A stretch of DNA of 64,000 nucleotides from Octopus vulgaris (taxonomy: Eukaryota), in contig OX597816.1 of NCBI GenBank assembly GCA_951406725.2, positions 19,840,001-19,904,000 on the forward strand. Direction: 5' to 3'. Below the pieces are notes generated by a model that searched no databases, had not been told where the DNA came from, and was given only the letters and a program-made list of their open reading frames with translations. Both the position numbers and the translations under genes were made by a program. This document shows, piece after piece, positions 40,063-52,655 of this stretch; position 1 is the first letter of the stretch, and each line of letters begins with the position of its first letter.

Positions 40063-42017
40063 CGGACTGGTCAAAGTGATCAAAGTGATATATATATATA
40101 TAGTGGCCGCTTTCATCGCATACGACCAAAGCCATTGTTAGAAAGTCACTTAAATGAGACGTCGATAATGTACTGTGAGGCTCTTTTATGACAGTGACAC
40201 TTGAGCCCTTTCAATGATTTGCATATTGTATTGCACATAATGTACAGTTGGGCTGGCAGGCAGAAAGAACCGGTACCACATCATGATGTCTTTTGACATG
40301 TCTTTTTAATCCTCCAACTGAACGGCACATGTTCTGTTCTGAGCAATATTACATATGTTAAAAGGATTTGTTCAGAGAAAAATATATTAAGTCAAAAACA
40401 AATGGAGATGTTTTGGACAAAATTGTTAGTGTAAATTCTGGAGGGATACGGAATTTTATAAAGTGAAGTAGCCGTGTTGTAATAATCTGATCATTAGGAA
40501 TACATCATACATTTTTCCCCATTGAGCACCCAAAACATATCTTTTTTTGCGATGTCTGTAACTATTAATCATATATTCCTACGGATGTACATAGATATTC
40601 ATTTTTTAATTGCTTCTATGTATCACGGAGTGCTGCGGTCAAAATATGCGATAGTTTAGAGCAAACAAAACTTAGCATTCATAGAGCAAACTAGGTTTAA
40701 GTGTACAGAAATAGAGGATGTTCGCATTTGGGACTCATGTAATCAAACACCTGTTCTAGTCACCGGAAGTGTGACTTGGACATTTCAAACTATTTCCTAT
40801 ATTCTAAAGTGTTCTCATGATGTTGTACATTTCATATCCCAGTTAGGTCCCCTCTTCTTTATTGCAAAACATTTCCAAAGATATAAAGAAAGATCAGTAC
40901 TGCAGCTACAGTGGGTGGAGGAAAAGAGATACAACGCGGTCATTGTTTTTATTTGGGCTGCACTTTTCCTTCTGCTCTACTATCTTTATAGACTCTAAAA
41001 CCGGAATGGTTCAACAAGGTTAAGCGCTGACTTCAGTAACACACTAAAGCTACCCCACTGGAAAATGTAATGGGGATAGACCTTTCAAAGAGTGATGTTC
41101 ACCTGTTCCATTAAATGATGAACGGTTTTGTTTTATCTTGATATGTAAGCAGCTGTTTTTTCAACAGACACGCAGTGAAGTTTATTCTATGATAGAATCA
41201 GAGTGACCCAGCAAAGCTTTCAGTTATAGGAACAACCGATCCGTCGTTCTTCCTAGTTTTCTTTTTTTACCCCAGCTGTTATAATATACTTATTGAAACG
41301 GATCGAAGCTTTCGTAAAGGCAGTTATATAAAAGGTCCTGTAAGCACATTATAGTCAGGAACGTACGAATTATTAGCAAAGACTTCTACCGCTCTGAAAC
41401 TCTTGAGAGCAGCGTTTAATAAAAATATTATTATTTCATATCCACTATTCTCAATTTTAAGTATTTTTCTTTAAGAAAACCATTTTAAAATAAAAGTTAT
41501 AAAGAAGTAAGTAATTTCTAGTGATCTACAAAACAAAGACTCGTACTAAGTTTAACTGAAGCGAGTTTAGATGCACATCATTGTCACTGGCAAGTGTATT
41601 TTTTCTATTTTTAAAACAGGTATATGGAAATTGGTGCAATCCAATTAATTAACACGAAAGCAGTTTAATGACATAACAAAATATCATTAACAGAAACACA
41701 TTAGTTAATGAAATGTCAAGTGCAGTAATTATATGGAGATACATTCATTAAATTATACAGATTAGGTAACTGAAATATGTAATTAGTATTTTTAACAATG
41801 TCATTTTCTTTTAATCCCTGCTCTGTATAGTATACTAGTAAAGTAATATATCATCGCCATACAATATAAATTATATATTATAATGAAAGCGAGTAATATC
41901 TTGTTCCATTTGCCAAGATTACATGTGTACATTTCATATAAATCGCTTGATAAAATATGTACATTGTGTGCGCGTGTGTATGTGCGTACGTGCAGGCAAA
42001 CATACATATGCACACAT

Positions 42018-42107
42018 GTTATATATATATATATATATATATATGTTTGTATATATATATATATAAACATATATATATATATGTGTGTGTGTGTATGTAT
42101 GTATATG

Positions 42108-42161
<54 letters not shown>

Positions 42162-42241
42162 TAGATAAATAGATAGATAGATAGGTAGATAGATAGATAG
42201 ATAGATAGATTGATAGATAGATAGATAGATAGATAGGTAGG

Positions 42242-42308
<67 letters not shown>

Positions 42309-42310
42309 TT
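42018..42310. repeat. (TA)n plus (GATA)n microsatellite
   Basis: Seen directly. Confidence 0.95.
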
Positions 42311-45300
42311 AGATGTAAGGAGAAAGAAAGGAAAAGAAAGAGAGACAATATCGCGTTTATTAATGCTAAAGTAACTTTCATTAAACGAATTTAGTGGAAC
42401 GACGCCCACGGCAATATGTGGCATCAGCTTTCTCTAATGGAGCCAATCAAGCAGTGCATTTTATGCAAAATGTTTCTTATGTAACGATTGAAAGAATTAT
42501 CTAGATATATGTTAACTTAACAGGCAGGATTGTCACAGGAAATGTGTTATCACAAATCGTGTACACCCAGACACAGGATTGTCACAGGAAATGTTTTACC
42601 ACAAATTATATAACACTAAGATTCACATCGGACTGTAGCGGTACTGAAATCCAAAATGACTAGTGCGGACAACCATTTTCTTTAGCCGAATTCAACGAAA
42701 ATAAAAGAAACTCATAGAATATACGATATATCAATATAATCTGCAGGAATCTTACTAAATCTTTAGGATTGAGAACTAAAACTACTTGCTATTTCAGTCA
42801 TACTACTTATTTGTTCAAATTTCTATTCCATTAAAGAAAAACCGTTTTTACGGACAAAAATATATCCTGATAAAATTGTAAATAGCGATATATTACCTGT
42901 TTTCAAGAAGAATTGAAAGCTTAAGATAAATAATTGATTTCTACTTTCATTATCCAACTTCTATAAAAATTAAAACTTACTTTGTTATATATTTTATAGC
43001 GTTGCTATATAATTCTTACGCCTAAACTCTATTCAATATATTCTCAGACGAAGATATGCTACAAATCGTTATTCAAATTACCAAACTATTATAAACTTCC
43101 TGCCTACTAAAGAACACAATTCCTGATATACAATTTGACTTTATTCTATGTTAACAGAAAATCAAACAATTCTTATTCAGAGAATATACAATTGCAGTAT
43201 ACGAACTGATATTTTGGATTGTTTTAATTTTTTTTTCTTCGAATTGGAAACATTTTACATCATTGTTTGTGAATGTGAATGCAGACAACATATATATTAA
43301 CATTTCTGTTTTGTTTCTTTTAGAAGCATTTCATTAGGATGTTAATCTATTCATAACATTACTGAAGCAATTATGCCAGAAGAATAAAGCGTCAGTATAT
43401 TAAATATCACTCGCCAAACGTTTAGCATTAGCAAAATGTCACCGGAGTGAAAGAAATAGCATTAATGTAAATTTCTTCTACGCACAATTTATGAAACCTT
43501 CAAATCACGATTGAAAAAATAAAGATGGAGAATTAAAAAAAAAGCGATACAAATCTAATTCAATGCTTACGCTATTTGTTACCGGGCTCCCCAAATGTTT
43601 CTGTGTGCATTTATTTTCTTCTTATGATGGTTAAAAAGCTAATACAATCAGAAATTAATTTTACTTTTCAGAGCCAAGTTTTCTAATTCTTTTGAAAAAT
43701 CATGTATGACCTAGTATTGAATAGTGGCCCGATATCTAGGACTGTACTATACTGCTAAACATGTATAAAAAGGTACATCAGATGAAACCTAACTTATTAG
43801 CAATAAAGGTACAGAGAACGCAAAAACAATATTTAGCCAACGGATGAACTCATTCCCATCGTCACTCCATGTCAGCACCTCAAACATTATATTCTTCCGC
43901 TGCTTTACAGTTGCATGATCTCGTGTTACTTCCACTCAGAAAATTCTGACTCATTCGTCTATTCCTAACCACTGCAAGCAGTCTTTTTTTTCCCATATAC
44001 GCATGGCTTTTTCTACTACTACAACCTCTGTTAGTAAGCCAATACCGGTTGTTCTGTGATGCATGTAATCAAAGTCCCTTTTACCAAAACAAATGAAATA
44101 AAAACAAAATATTCGGTCGGTTAGTTTATGTTTTTCCTTAATCTCAAAATAGCCCAGCGCTACAGTTAGGCATCGTAATTATTTATTATGAAATGTAATA
44201 TTATTTTCTGGAGATGACATAGACGTTTGGAAATTGGTCTATATAGTTTTCATTGCTTGCATATTTTCTTGGTTTGTCAGTACATAGTTATATTGCCCAT
44301 TCATTGTCCATCCACCACTACTGATAATCCACCGCGTATTATTGCATTATTGGATGCGAGAATTCCATAAATAGCTGGATCCAATAGACTGCAGTCATAA
44401 ATAGTGTGACCTAGAATGAACTGAATTAGTTTGTATGGAAATAGAAATGACACTTAGCAGCCAAACAGCTAAGACAGACAATTTATTTTTCGCAAATACT
44501 AAAGAAGGAAAAAGCTTGTAAATCACTGCCGGATCTCAACAGAGGCGAGATGATTTCAGTGTTATTGCTCATCAATATTTCTTTTTCTAAGGCGCAGAAT
44601 ATTTATCTCTGGCGTAAGCACCATTACTGACACTGCAAACAACACCAGCGAATATAAAAATAGGCACTGAAGCTGTTAGGTCTACTGCTATCAGAACAAC
44701 AATGATATTATGGCCATTAATATCAACAGGCAGGTACTTTATTATTATCGCCAACACAAGAGAAAAATGCGACTGAATCTTAACCTCGTAATCAGTAGCA
44801 ACAATCCCTAATAATAGCATTCACACTCATAACAAGCTTTAAGTTTGTTACTGTTAAAAGATGACGCTTCCCCTTTCAAAAAGGATAGTTTGTTTTTCAT
44901 ATTAATACTTCAATTGCTTTATATAAGCATTAATATAATGTTTAAAATATCCTGGGTTTATTGGCGTTCTTTTTGACGGTGTTTAGCACATGTCATCTGT
45001 GATGGGGTAAAACAGTCTAATCAAAGCCATATTTCTCGGACCTTGTAACATGAATCTCAACCATCTATGTCTAGTTCATACGTTTTAAGAATGTAGCTTT
45101 TTATATCACAGAGGTATTACTGAAATATTTGGCAGGTTCTCAGATTAGAGATATCTTTTTTCGATAGATGTTTAATGGATTCACGGTAGACTTTTATTTC
45201 TGGAATGTAAAATGTCATCTTTGATCACCTTAACTAGCGTAATTGTGGCAGTTCCAGCCCAGCCCAACCCAGCCCAGTCCTGACGACTCCTCATTCTTTT

Positions 45301-46094
45301 CAGATATTGAATCTAGTCCGCCAATAATCAACTTGTAGTTCATGTATTTTAAAGAATCCAGGTTGTATTATGGAAACTTTTTATTTATTGTATTTATATC
45401 GTAGATTCTCAGAGTAGAGTATGTTTCAATGGCTTCAACGTCACTAGGATCGTACAACATCGTTACAGAAATAAATTATCATATGAGAATATGACATAAA
45501 TGTATTCCGTAAACGCCACACAGGAATGTTAATTATGCTACCTAGATGGCGGCAGGTAGACTGAGCTCTTGAGAGACACGTCTTCAGCAAATTGACACCA
45601 GGACTATAATAAATATCATAGAATTATTTGAAAACACAAGTCCACAGAATTTAGAGAAAGAAATGATTTTGTTGAATAGGCAATTGTTTCTGAGGCACTT
45701 TTTCGAGCTAAATGCAGATATGCTGCTCGTTTTTACCAGCCACGCCAGAATCTTTGTGCACACCCTACCTTTACTTTTCACAGTCCAGGTCTGACTTTAG
45801 TGCAAATGGTTTAAAGTTTGAAAATTGCTTCAATATTACCATTGATTTGCATAAAATGAGGTAAAATTATAAATATAGCGGATTTTTTACGTAATTTGTT
45901 TAATTGCAGAAATATTTCCGAAAGAAATTGGGATGTTTTATTTATTCATTTTATATTATTGGCTTACGATACAGAAAATACAAATGGCCTAGGGTTGTTT
46001 CATTTCTATTCATACAGGATCTTAAACACAACATAATCTTCAAATTATATGCAGATGTAATGTTAGATAAAATATATCTTTAAGACAATGAGAG

Positions 46095-46325
46095 GTTCAC
46101 CTCAATCGAAAGAGAGGCGCTTTCTCCGTCCGTGTTGCGGATCCGTGGAATAAGCTGCCGGACCAGATAGTGAAGATGCCGACGACCGCTCGGTTCAAAG
46201 ACTCTCTTGACCAGAAATGGCCTGAACTCTTTGCATGAACACCCACCCTGTACATAACTCCATGTCCCCCTACATGACCTTGCTTTTGCTTTTTGAGCAA
46301 AAAAATCAACTTAACTTAGCTTAAC
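46095..46325 (+). mobile_element. 3' end of a CR1/L2-group LINE
   Basis: RKRGAFSVRVADPWNKLPDQIVKMPTTARFKDSLDQKW* matches the CR1-type C-terminal F-S-x-R-V..WN-x-LP..FK..LD pattern. A short (CTTAA)n-like tail follows. Confidence 0.8.
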
Positions 46326-47304
46326 ATATGGACTAACGAATTTTAGTCAATATGTGAAGGAGCGATCTGGAGTTAAAAAACAGAATCATTTATTGCACAG
46401 AAATAGAGAGGGCACACTCCATTTACTCCCACAAATCCTAGTCAAGTGGAATTGTCAGTAACGGAGCACATTTCCATATATGGTAACTCAGTCGTAGTTC
46501 ACCAGTTACTAAAACTAATCCACTTACCAATTCTGGGAGCAACTACTATGTAGTTGGTCGAAATAGCAGCTAATTCTTCATGATATCAGGTGATAGTAAA
46601 GTCTGAATAGTATTTGTATCATATTTCTAAACTTGTTCATCGTGGACTTCGATAAAAGTCTCGTCCTAAATTCAATATCATATGAATATTCTGTTTAGAA
46701 TTGTTCAGTACACAGAATAGAAATAAAGATAATTGCAGTTCTATTGGAACAGTAATTATAAACGGATATTATTTCAATGAATTGCAGGCCTTATCACCCG
46801 GAGCCTAGTAGACTTCCTTTCTTCTTACTTCCTACACATCACGCCAAGAAATTTGTGATACAACTTTGCACGTTTGCATAACATCGGTTTATTTTTACAA
46901 AGAAATTTACTTGAATTATTTTATCAACACTGGGCAAGAACAAAAGATCCATCACAGTTTCGCAGTACGAGGCTACGTATGTATCCTTCGGAGTTTCTGA
47001 ATCTTCTCATTGTAACGATATATTTATTCCATTCTAGGTTTTATTCACGAGATATTTTCAGACTCACATTAGCAAGTTAAAGATGCATTCAAGGAATATA
47101 CATCCACGCACAGCGGTTAAACAGTTCTCTATCCAATAGTTAGTTTAACTTAAGAAATTGGTATTGCTATATTTTTTTCCCTAAATCCTTATCGATGGTG
47201 TTGTTGATAATTTAGTAAAGAAATGCATGGGGATTGAATCACTTTGAATTTATAATTATGTGAATACACATACACACACACACACACACACATACATACA
47301 CAAG

Positions 47305-47537
47305 AAGGCGGCGAGCTGGCAGAAACGTTAGCACCGCCGGGCGAAATGCTTAGCGGTATTTCGTCTGCCGTTACGTTCTGAGTTCAAATTACGCCGAGGT
47401 TGACTTTGCATTTCATCCTTTAGGGGTCGATAAATTAAGTACCAGTTACGCACTGCGATCGATGTAATCGACTTAATCCGTTTGTCTGTCCTTGTTTGTC
47501 CGCTCTGTATGTTGCCCCTTATGTGTAGTAAAGAAAA
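47305..47537 (+). mobile_element. SINE family A, full monomer
   Basis: GGCGGCGAGCTGGCAGAAACGTTAGC..GAGTTCAAATT..core..tail A. Confidence 0.9.
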
Positions 47538-48428
47538 ATATACATATATACACAAATATATATGACATTATCTACTCGAAGGAATGATAGATAAATGTTA
47601 CTGAATGTACTGAGCAGTGGAAATGAATCTGACTCAAGGGAATTAAGAAGTGAATTCCTTAACTATGATTTTGTATTAATAGTTTACAAATCATTATATA
47701 ATTGAAGTGTTGTATGTTCAACATTCTTATACTGACTTAACTCTGGCTAAATCTTCAAACACCTCAAAACACTTTTCGTAAATATAGATATGAGTAACGT
47801 TAGAGCCTTATGAAGTTCTACAAATAAGTCAACTTAAGAAAGATTAATTATAGAAATGTATATTTATCCATAATTCTGATACTACATATACCCCAGACTA
47901 ATTCGATTTATCATTCTATGTTATGAATTCAGAATACACACGGCTTCAACGATTAAATGACAGTATGCTGTTCCTATCAACTAATCCAACACCAGAAAAT
48001 ATATTTCTGTCGTGTGCGTACTTGATGTAACTATCCAATTTATTTGATTTACTGTTGATGATAACAAGAAGTGATCATTGTGTAAGTGAATCTGATGCAA
48101 TGAGGCAGAAGCGACTATCACAAAAGTTTTATTAGGTGAAGTAAATACTTAAGAATTATACAGAAAGGAGTGGGTTGTCAGGATATTTTTTATCCCACGT
48201 TTCCAACGGCTTGTTTTGACCTTGATAAACGCTAGCAAAGACGAGCAGATGCGGCTGGAAAATTTAAATATGAGAGAGGCAACGTTAAATTGTTCAAATT
48301 TAAAACGGCGATTCTATTTTTCAGTTATAGGAATATCTATTGATTACTGTACATGTATACGTGTGTTTATGTTTGCGAATGTGTGTGTACGTATGTGTGC
48401 GTATTGATGCTTATATGTATATATACGC

Positions 48429-48465
<37 letters not shown>

Positions 48466-48567
48466 TTTTGTTGAATTTTCCGCTGCTTTAAATAAAGCAT
48501 ATTACTCTACCACTGGTATTTGAGTACTCTTTTTTCCACCTTGTTTCATATTTATGTGTTTACTCCA

Positions 48568-48637
<70 letters not shown>

Positions 48638-48650
48638 ATATATGCATACA

Positions 48651-48686
<36 letters not shown>

Positions 48687-48715
48687 TATATGCGTATGTG
48701 CGCGTGTGTATATAT

Positions 48716-48900
48716 ATAATGAGAATTTATAAAAAACAAAAGATGAAGACAGGTGTGTAAACAACAAACAGATGTATTAGTTTAATGCTCGGGAAGTAAG
48801 TCTTTTACGTTTCGAGCCAACGCACTTCGACAGAAAGGAACACAGAAATAAACACGGAGAGAAAGAATAAAGTTTAGTGGCTAGCAGTCTATCATGGTGA
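48716..48900 (-). mobile_element. Solo Neptune-type PLE terminal repeat with an A6U hammerhead (48802-48837)
   Basis: Minus strand CUUU-CUGUCGA-A-GUGC-GUUG-GCUC-GAAA-CG-UA-AAAG, with the shared tail CACCTGTCTTCATCTTTTG ending at (TA)n. Confidence 0.75.
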
Positions 48901-48998
48901 ATGAGAAAGAGGTAAGTCGATTACATCGACCTCGAATGTTCAACTGGTACTTATTGCTTCGACTTCGAAAGGATAAAAGGCAAAATTCGACCTCTGCA

Positions 48999-49050
<52 letters not shown>

Positions 49051-50177
49051 GAACAACCCTTCTTTTAAAATGTCAAAAAAAATTACTATATTATATGCAT
49101 CATGCAAAGATTTAAGCTACGTTTTCTTGATAGCAAATCCGATAGTCATTTATATGCATTAGGATATAGTAAACCAAATCTGTTTACGGTATAAAACGTA
49201 ATGTAGGGTAATAAATTAAGCATAGTGCTGTACGAATTTGACAGTATATTAGAGGAATAATTTTGCTACCTTATGATATCATAAGATATAAGGATCTGTA
49301 CCAATCCGTACCAACTGAAGATGTATACTTATGTGATTGGCATTATTAGTAATACATTACACCATTGCAAGGATAAAAGGAAAAAAACTTAACCACTGCG
49401 GTATTTGAACTCGGTACGTGAAGACAGGCGAAATGCAGCTAAATATTTCGCCCGGCGTGCTAACCATTTTGCCATCTCACAGCCTACAGACAGTGCAAAT
49501 ATTACTGCCCATTATATCCGAAACCTGAACGATTCTGGCAATAAAACCCTTTCAGACGAAAATCAGTTCTACTAATTAGAAGCCGGTGGTTTGTTAATTC
49601 AGATATTCCAAATTTAATAATATTAACGGAAATTTTCCTCGTAACCTATTTGATTATTGTGTAATAATTAATATATCTGTCAGATTAATGACACTTCAAT
49701 ACAGCACGGCTAGAGGTAGATAATTATTAATAATTAGTTTCGCATATTCATCAATTTGCTTTCAAATATAAGACAGCATGAGAACTCTTGATATTTGATA
49801 TCTATATATTTGAATATCTTTCAATCCCTGTGTGTAACGCATAATTAGTCAAATTGTTGGTTTATAAAGTAAAGTTTTACAACTCAATAAGCAAAAGATC
49901 ACTTGTTACACGCACACATGCGCGCTCACACACACAGACACATGCACACACACTCATACTCACGCCATATACTTGAAATATATTGTTATACTTCCGGATA
50001 GTCATGTTCTACCAAATAAATGTTTATACATAAGCATGCACAAATATTACGGAAATGTACTTGCATAGCAAGTGACCTGATCAGAAAACGTGTTCTGGAA
50101 CTAAAACAATTGCAGCGTGGAAGCCATTTAAGAAACACATAAAAACCGTTAGATTCACTTCAATATTTAAATAAAAA

Positions 50178-50228
50178 TTTGTCGAAATATTTTCGTCGCT
50201 TTGAGACCGCGACCTGTTCAATGACAAA
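50178..50228 (-). ncRNA. Minimal type I hammerhead-like motif with a variant core (UUGAACA)
   Basis: UUUGUCA-UUGAACA-G-GUCGC-GGUCUCAAA-GCGAC-GAAA-AUAU-UU-CGACAAA. Stem I pairs 6/7, stem II is a perfect 5 bp, and stem III is the palindrome AAUAUU. Confidence 0.6.
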
Positions 50229-50387
50229 ATTCCATGCTGCCTCTGAGAAAGTAACAGTTAGTTCACAATATATATGTACGTATGTATGTGCGCATTCATG
50301 TGTGCATGCCTATACGCATGTATGTACGTACATACATATATACTAACTCATATATATATATATATATATAGTCATACATATATATAC

Positions 50388-51427
50388 AAACCGGATTCCC
50401 GTTTGCGCCGTGAACAGGAATTAATCTTCTCTCTTCGCTCTTATACGCCATTTGGTCTCAACTCTCCCCCCTCCTCATCTAACCCCCCTCTCCCCTCCTC
50501 ACCTATCCTTTCTCCCCCGACCCCTACTTCTTCAGTCCTTCATCCTTTCACCCCTACTCCCCTTCCCTTCTTCCCTCTTTCTCCCTCCCTCTTCCCCTTC
50601 CCTCTGCTCCCTCACTCCCTCTCTCCCCTTCTCTCTCCCCCTCTCCCTCTGTCCTCCTTCATCCCCCCCATCCCCTTCCTTCTCCCCCATCCTCTACTCT
50701 CCCCCCTTCTCCTCCCCCCTTCTCTCCCCCTCTTCTCCCCTCCCCCTCTTCTCCTCACTACACCACATGACTTTACACATCACATCACATATGATGTGCC
50801 ATACTAATACACACACCAACTAATACATACTAATACGTACTAATACATACTAGTACATACTAATACTTACACCAACCCTATACATACACACGTCCAGACA
50901 CTTATGCTCTCTCTCACACACACACACACACCTATACATACCAATACGTACTAATACATACTAATACATACACCAACCCCATACATACGCACGTCCAGAC
51001 CAATCTTACGCACTAATACTCTCTCATACACACACACACACACACACACACACCCTTATACATACTAATACATACACCAACCCTATACATACACACATCC
51101 AGACCCCTCCCACGCACTTTTAGCTGGTCCCTCAACCCATTTATCAACCCTATTATCTCCCCTTATTTCGCTCTCGCGTCTCATGTTTGATCTTTGACCT
51201 CTGGCCGAAATCAGATCGCCATGTTGATTCGTTAGCTACTGCACGCATTTTTTTCTCTCCTTCTTTATGTGTTTTTCTCTCTCTGTGTATCTTTCTGTTG
51301 AAGAGCGTAGGCTCGAAACGTTAAAGACTTGTTTTATTTATATTTCCTGAGCGCCATACTAATACAATTGTTCGTTTGTTTTCCACCTGCCTTCGTCTTT
51401 TGTTTATTTTCATAAAGCTTCCCGTTA
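50388..51427 (+). mobile_element. 5'-truncated Penelope-like element (Neptune-type) between (TA)n tracts
   Basis: PDSRLRREQELIFSLRSYTPFGLN (50391-50462) matches the PLE GIY-YIG C-terminal R..RE..WI..L.T..P.GLN pattern. A pyrimidine-rich UTR, a hammerhead at 51290-51327 and a shared tail follow. Confidence 0.78.
51290..51327 (+). ncRNA. Minimal type I hammerhead ribozyme, A6U core variant
   Basis: UCUUU-CUGUUGA-A-GAGC-GUAG-GCUC-GAAA-CG-UU-AAAGA. Stem I is a perfect 5 bp, stem II is 4 bp and stem III is the palindrome AACGUU. Confidence 0.75.
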
Positions 51428-51473
51428 TATATATACATACATACATATATACACATACATACATACATACACA

Positions 51474-51553
<80 letters not shown>

Positions 51554-52349
51554 ATGTATTTCGATTTCTGCAGTTTCACTATCTCTATCCAGTATATTCC
51601 TTTCGTAAGTATCTCGGGTGAATGACCTGTTACCATGTTGCCAAATGTTTTGGTCTGAACCGCTCGTTGATGTGAATCACAGATACTTTACACAATTGAA
51701 TTTCTTGAGTAAAGTACTTCTTTTATTCAAACCACTGGGGACGGAGAAATCATCTACAGGTTTAGCCTTTAGAAATCTCAACCACATTTCCTTTGAATGA
51801 CATCCTACCTTTTTTTCAGTGGATGATAGCATAATTCTATTGAAGTAATTTGTGCTGGAATACGATGCCTGAAGCAAGAGACGAAATAGACATGGGATAA
51901 AAGAAAAATAATCGACCAAATGGGAAAAGAGTTGATCGGGAGAAAGCATTGATATTTAGTAGATGCAGTTGTTGCAGTCGAAAGTTTCTTTGGCCGACAT
52001 ACAGGGTGCTTACTTTTACTTGCCTATGACAGCCGATCAAATGTGATGCCAGCTAAAACATATAGGATACGGTGTGGAATTATTCGGTTCTTTGATCCCG
52101 TAGTTCAAATTACGATTATATAAATTTAGTATTTCCTTAACTCTAGAATGATAAACTGCAAATTAAATACTGGGTTGGTGCATTAGCAGAATGGCTAGAG
52201 GTTTGGGGCGTGGTTCCTTGCTGTTCTTTTTTCTGTAAAGTTTCCTTCTAGTTGCAATGAGAGCAATGACAAAATTTCAACGTTGTATCAAAACAAAATG
52301 TTTTGTCTTTGATAAGATCTCTTTCAGGGAAGGTACATGTATACACAGT

Positions 52350-52655
52350 GGAGGCACATGGACTGGTGGTTAGAGCAGCGGACTCGCGGTCCAGGGATAG
52401 CGGGTTCGAATCTCAGACCAGGCAGTGTGTGTGTTTATGAGCAAAACACCTAAGCTCCACGCGGCTCCGGCAGTAGTTAATGGCGAACATCTGCTGACTC
52501 TTTTGCCACAATTTTCTCTCACTCTTTCCTCCTGCATCTTCCAGCCCACTTGCAATGGACCGGCGTCCCGTCCAGGTGAGGAACCTATACGCGAAGGAAA
52601 CCGGGAAACCGGCCCATATGAGCCAGGCATGCCTCGAGAAGGAACAAACAAACAA
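52350..52655 (+). mobile_element. SINE family C (tRNA-derived)
   Basis: GGAGGCACATGGACTGGTGGTTAGAGCAGCGGACTCGCGGTCC..GGTTCGAATCTC (A/B boxes). Related to 60400-60835 and 63745-63983. Confidence 0.85.

Larger units (their letters stand above)
37098..40088 (+). mobile_element. Rearranged RTE-clade LINE flanked by (TA)n
   Basis: Inverted APE C-terminal block (37098-37589), then 5' UTR plus APE N-terminus (37590-38245, +), then the RT frame (38275-40062). A very short 3' UTR ends in (TCAAAGTGA)2. Confidence 0.92.

Noticed and set aside
42525-42610. 49-bp tandem duplication (also a 17-bp one at 60863-60902), superficially repeat-spacer like
   Set aside because: Only two units, no spacers and a eukaryotic context, so this is slippage duplication and not CRISPR.
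44300-45560. Possible ancient LTR/TE coding remnant on the minus strand
   Set aside because: No diagnostic motif could be read reliably.
49543-49595. CAGACGA-A-stem-AGAA-GCCGGT resembling a decayed hammerhead
   Set aside because: Too many core mismatches, and it is a single copy.
50462-50760. Pro/Leu/Ser-rich ORF extension and C-rich tract (G4-prone opposite strand)
   Set aside because: It is a low-complexity polypyrimidine UTR of the PLE with no evidence of coding.
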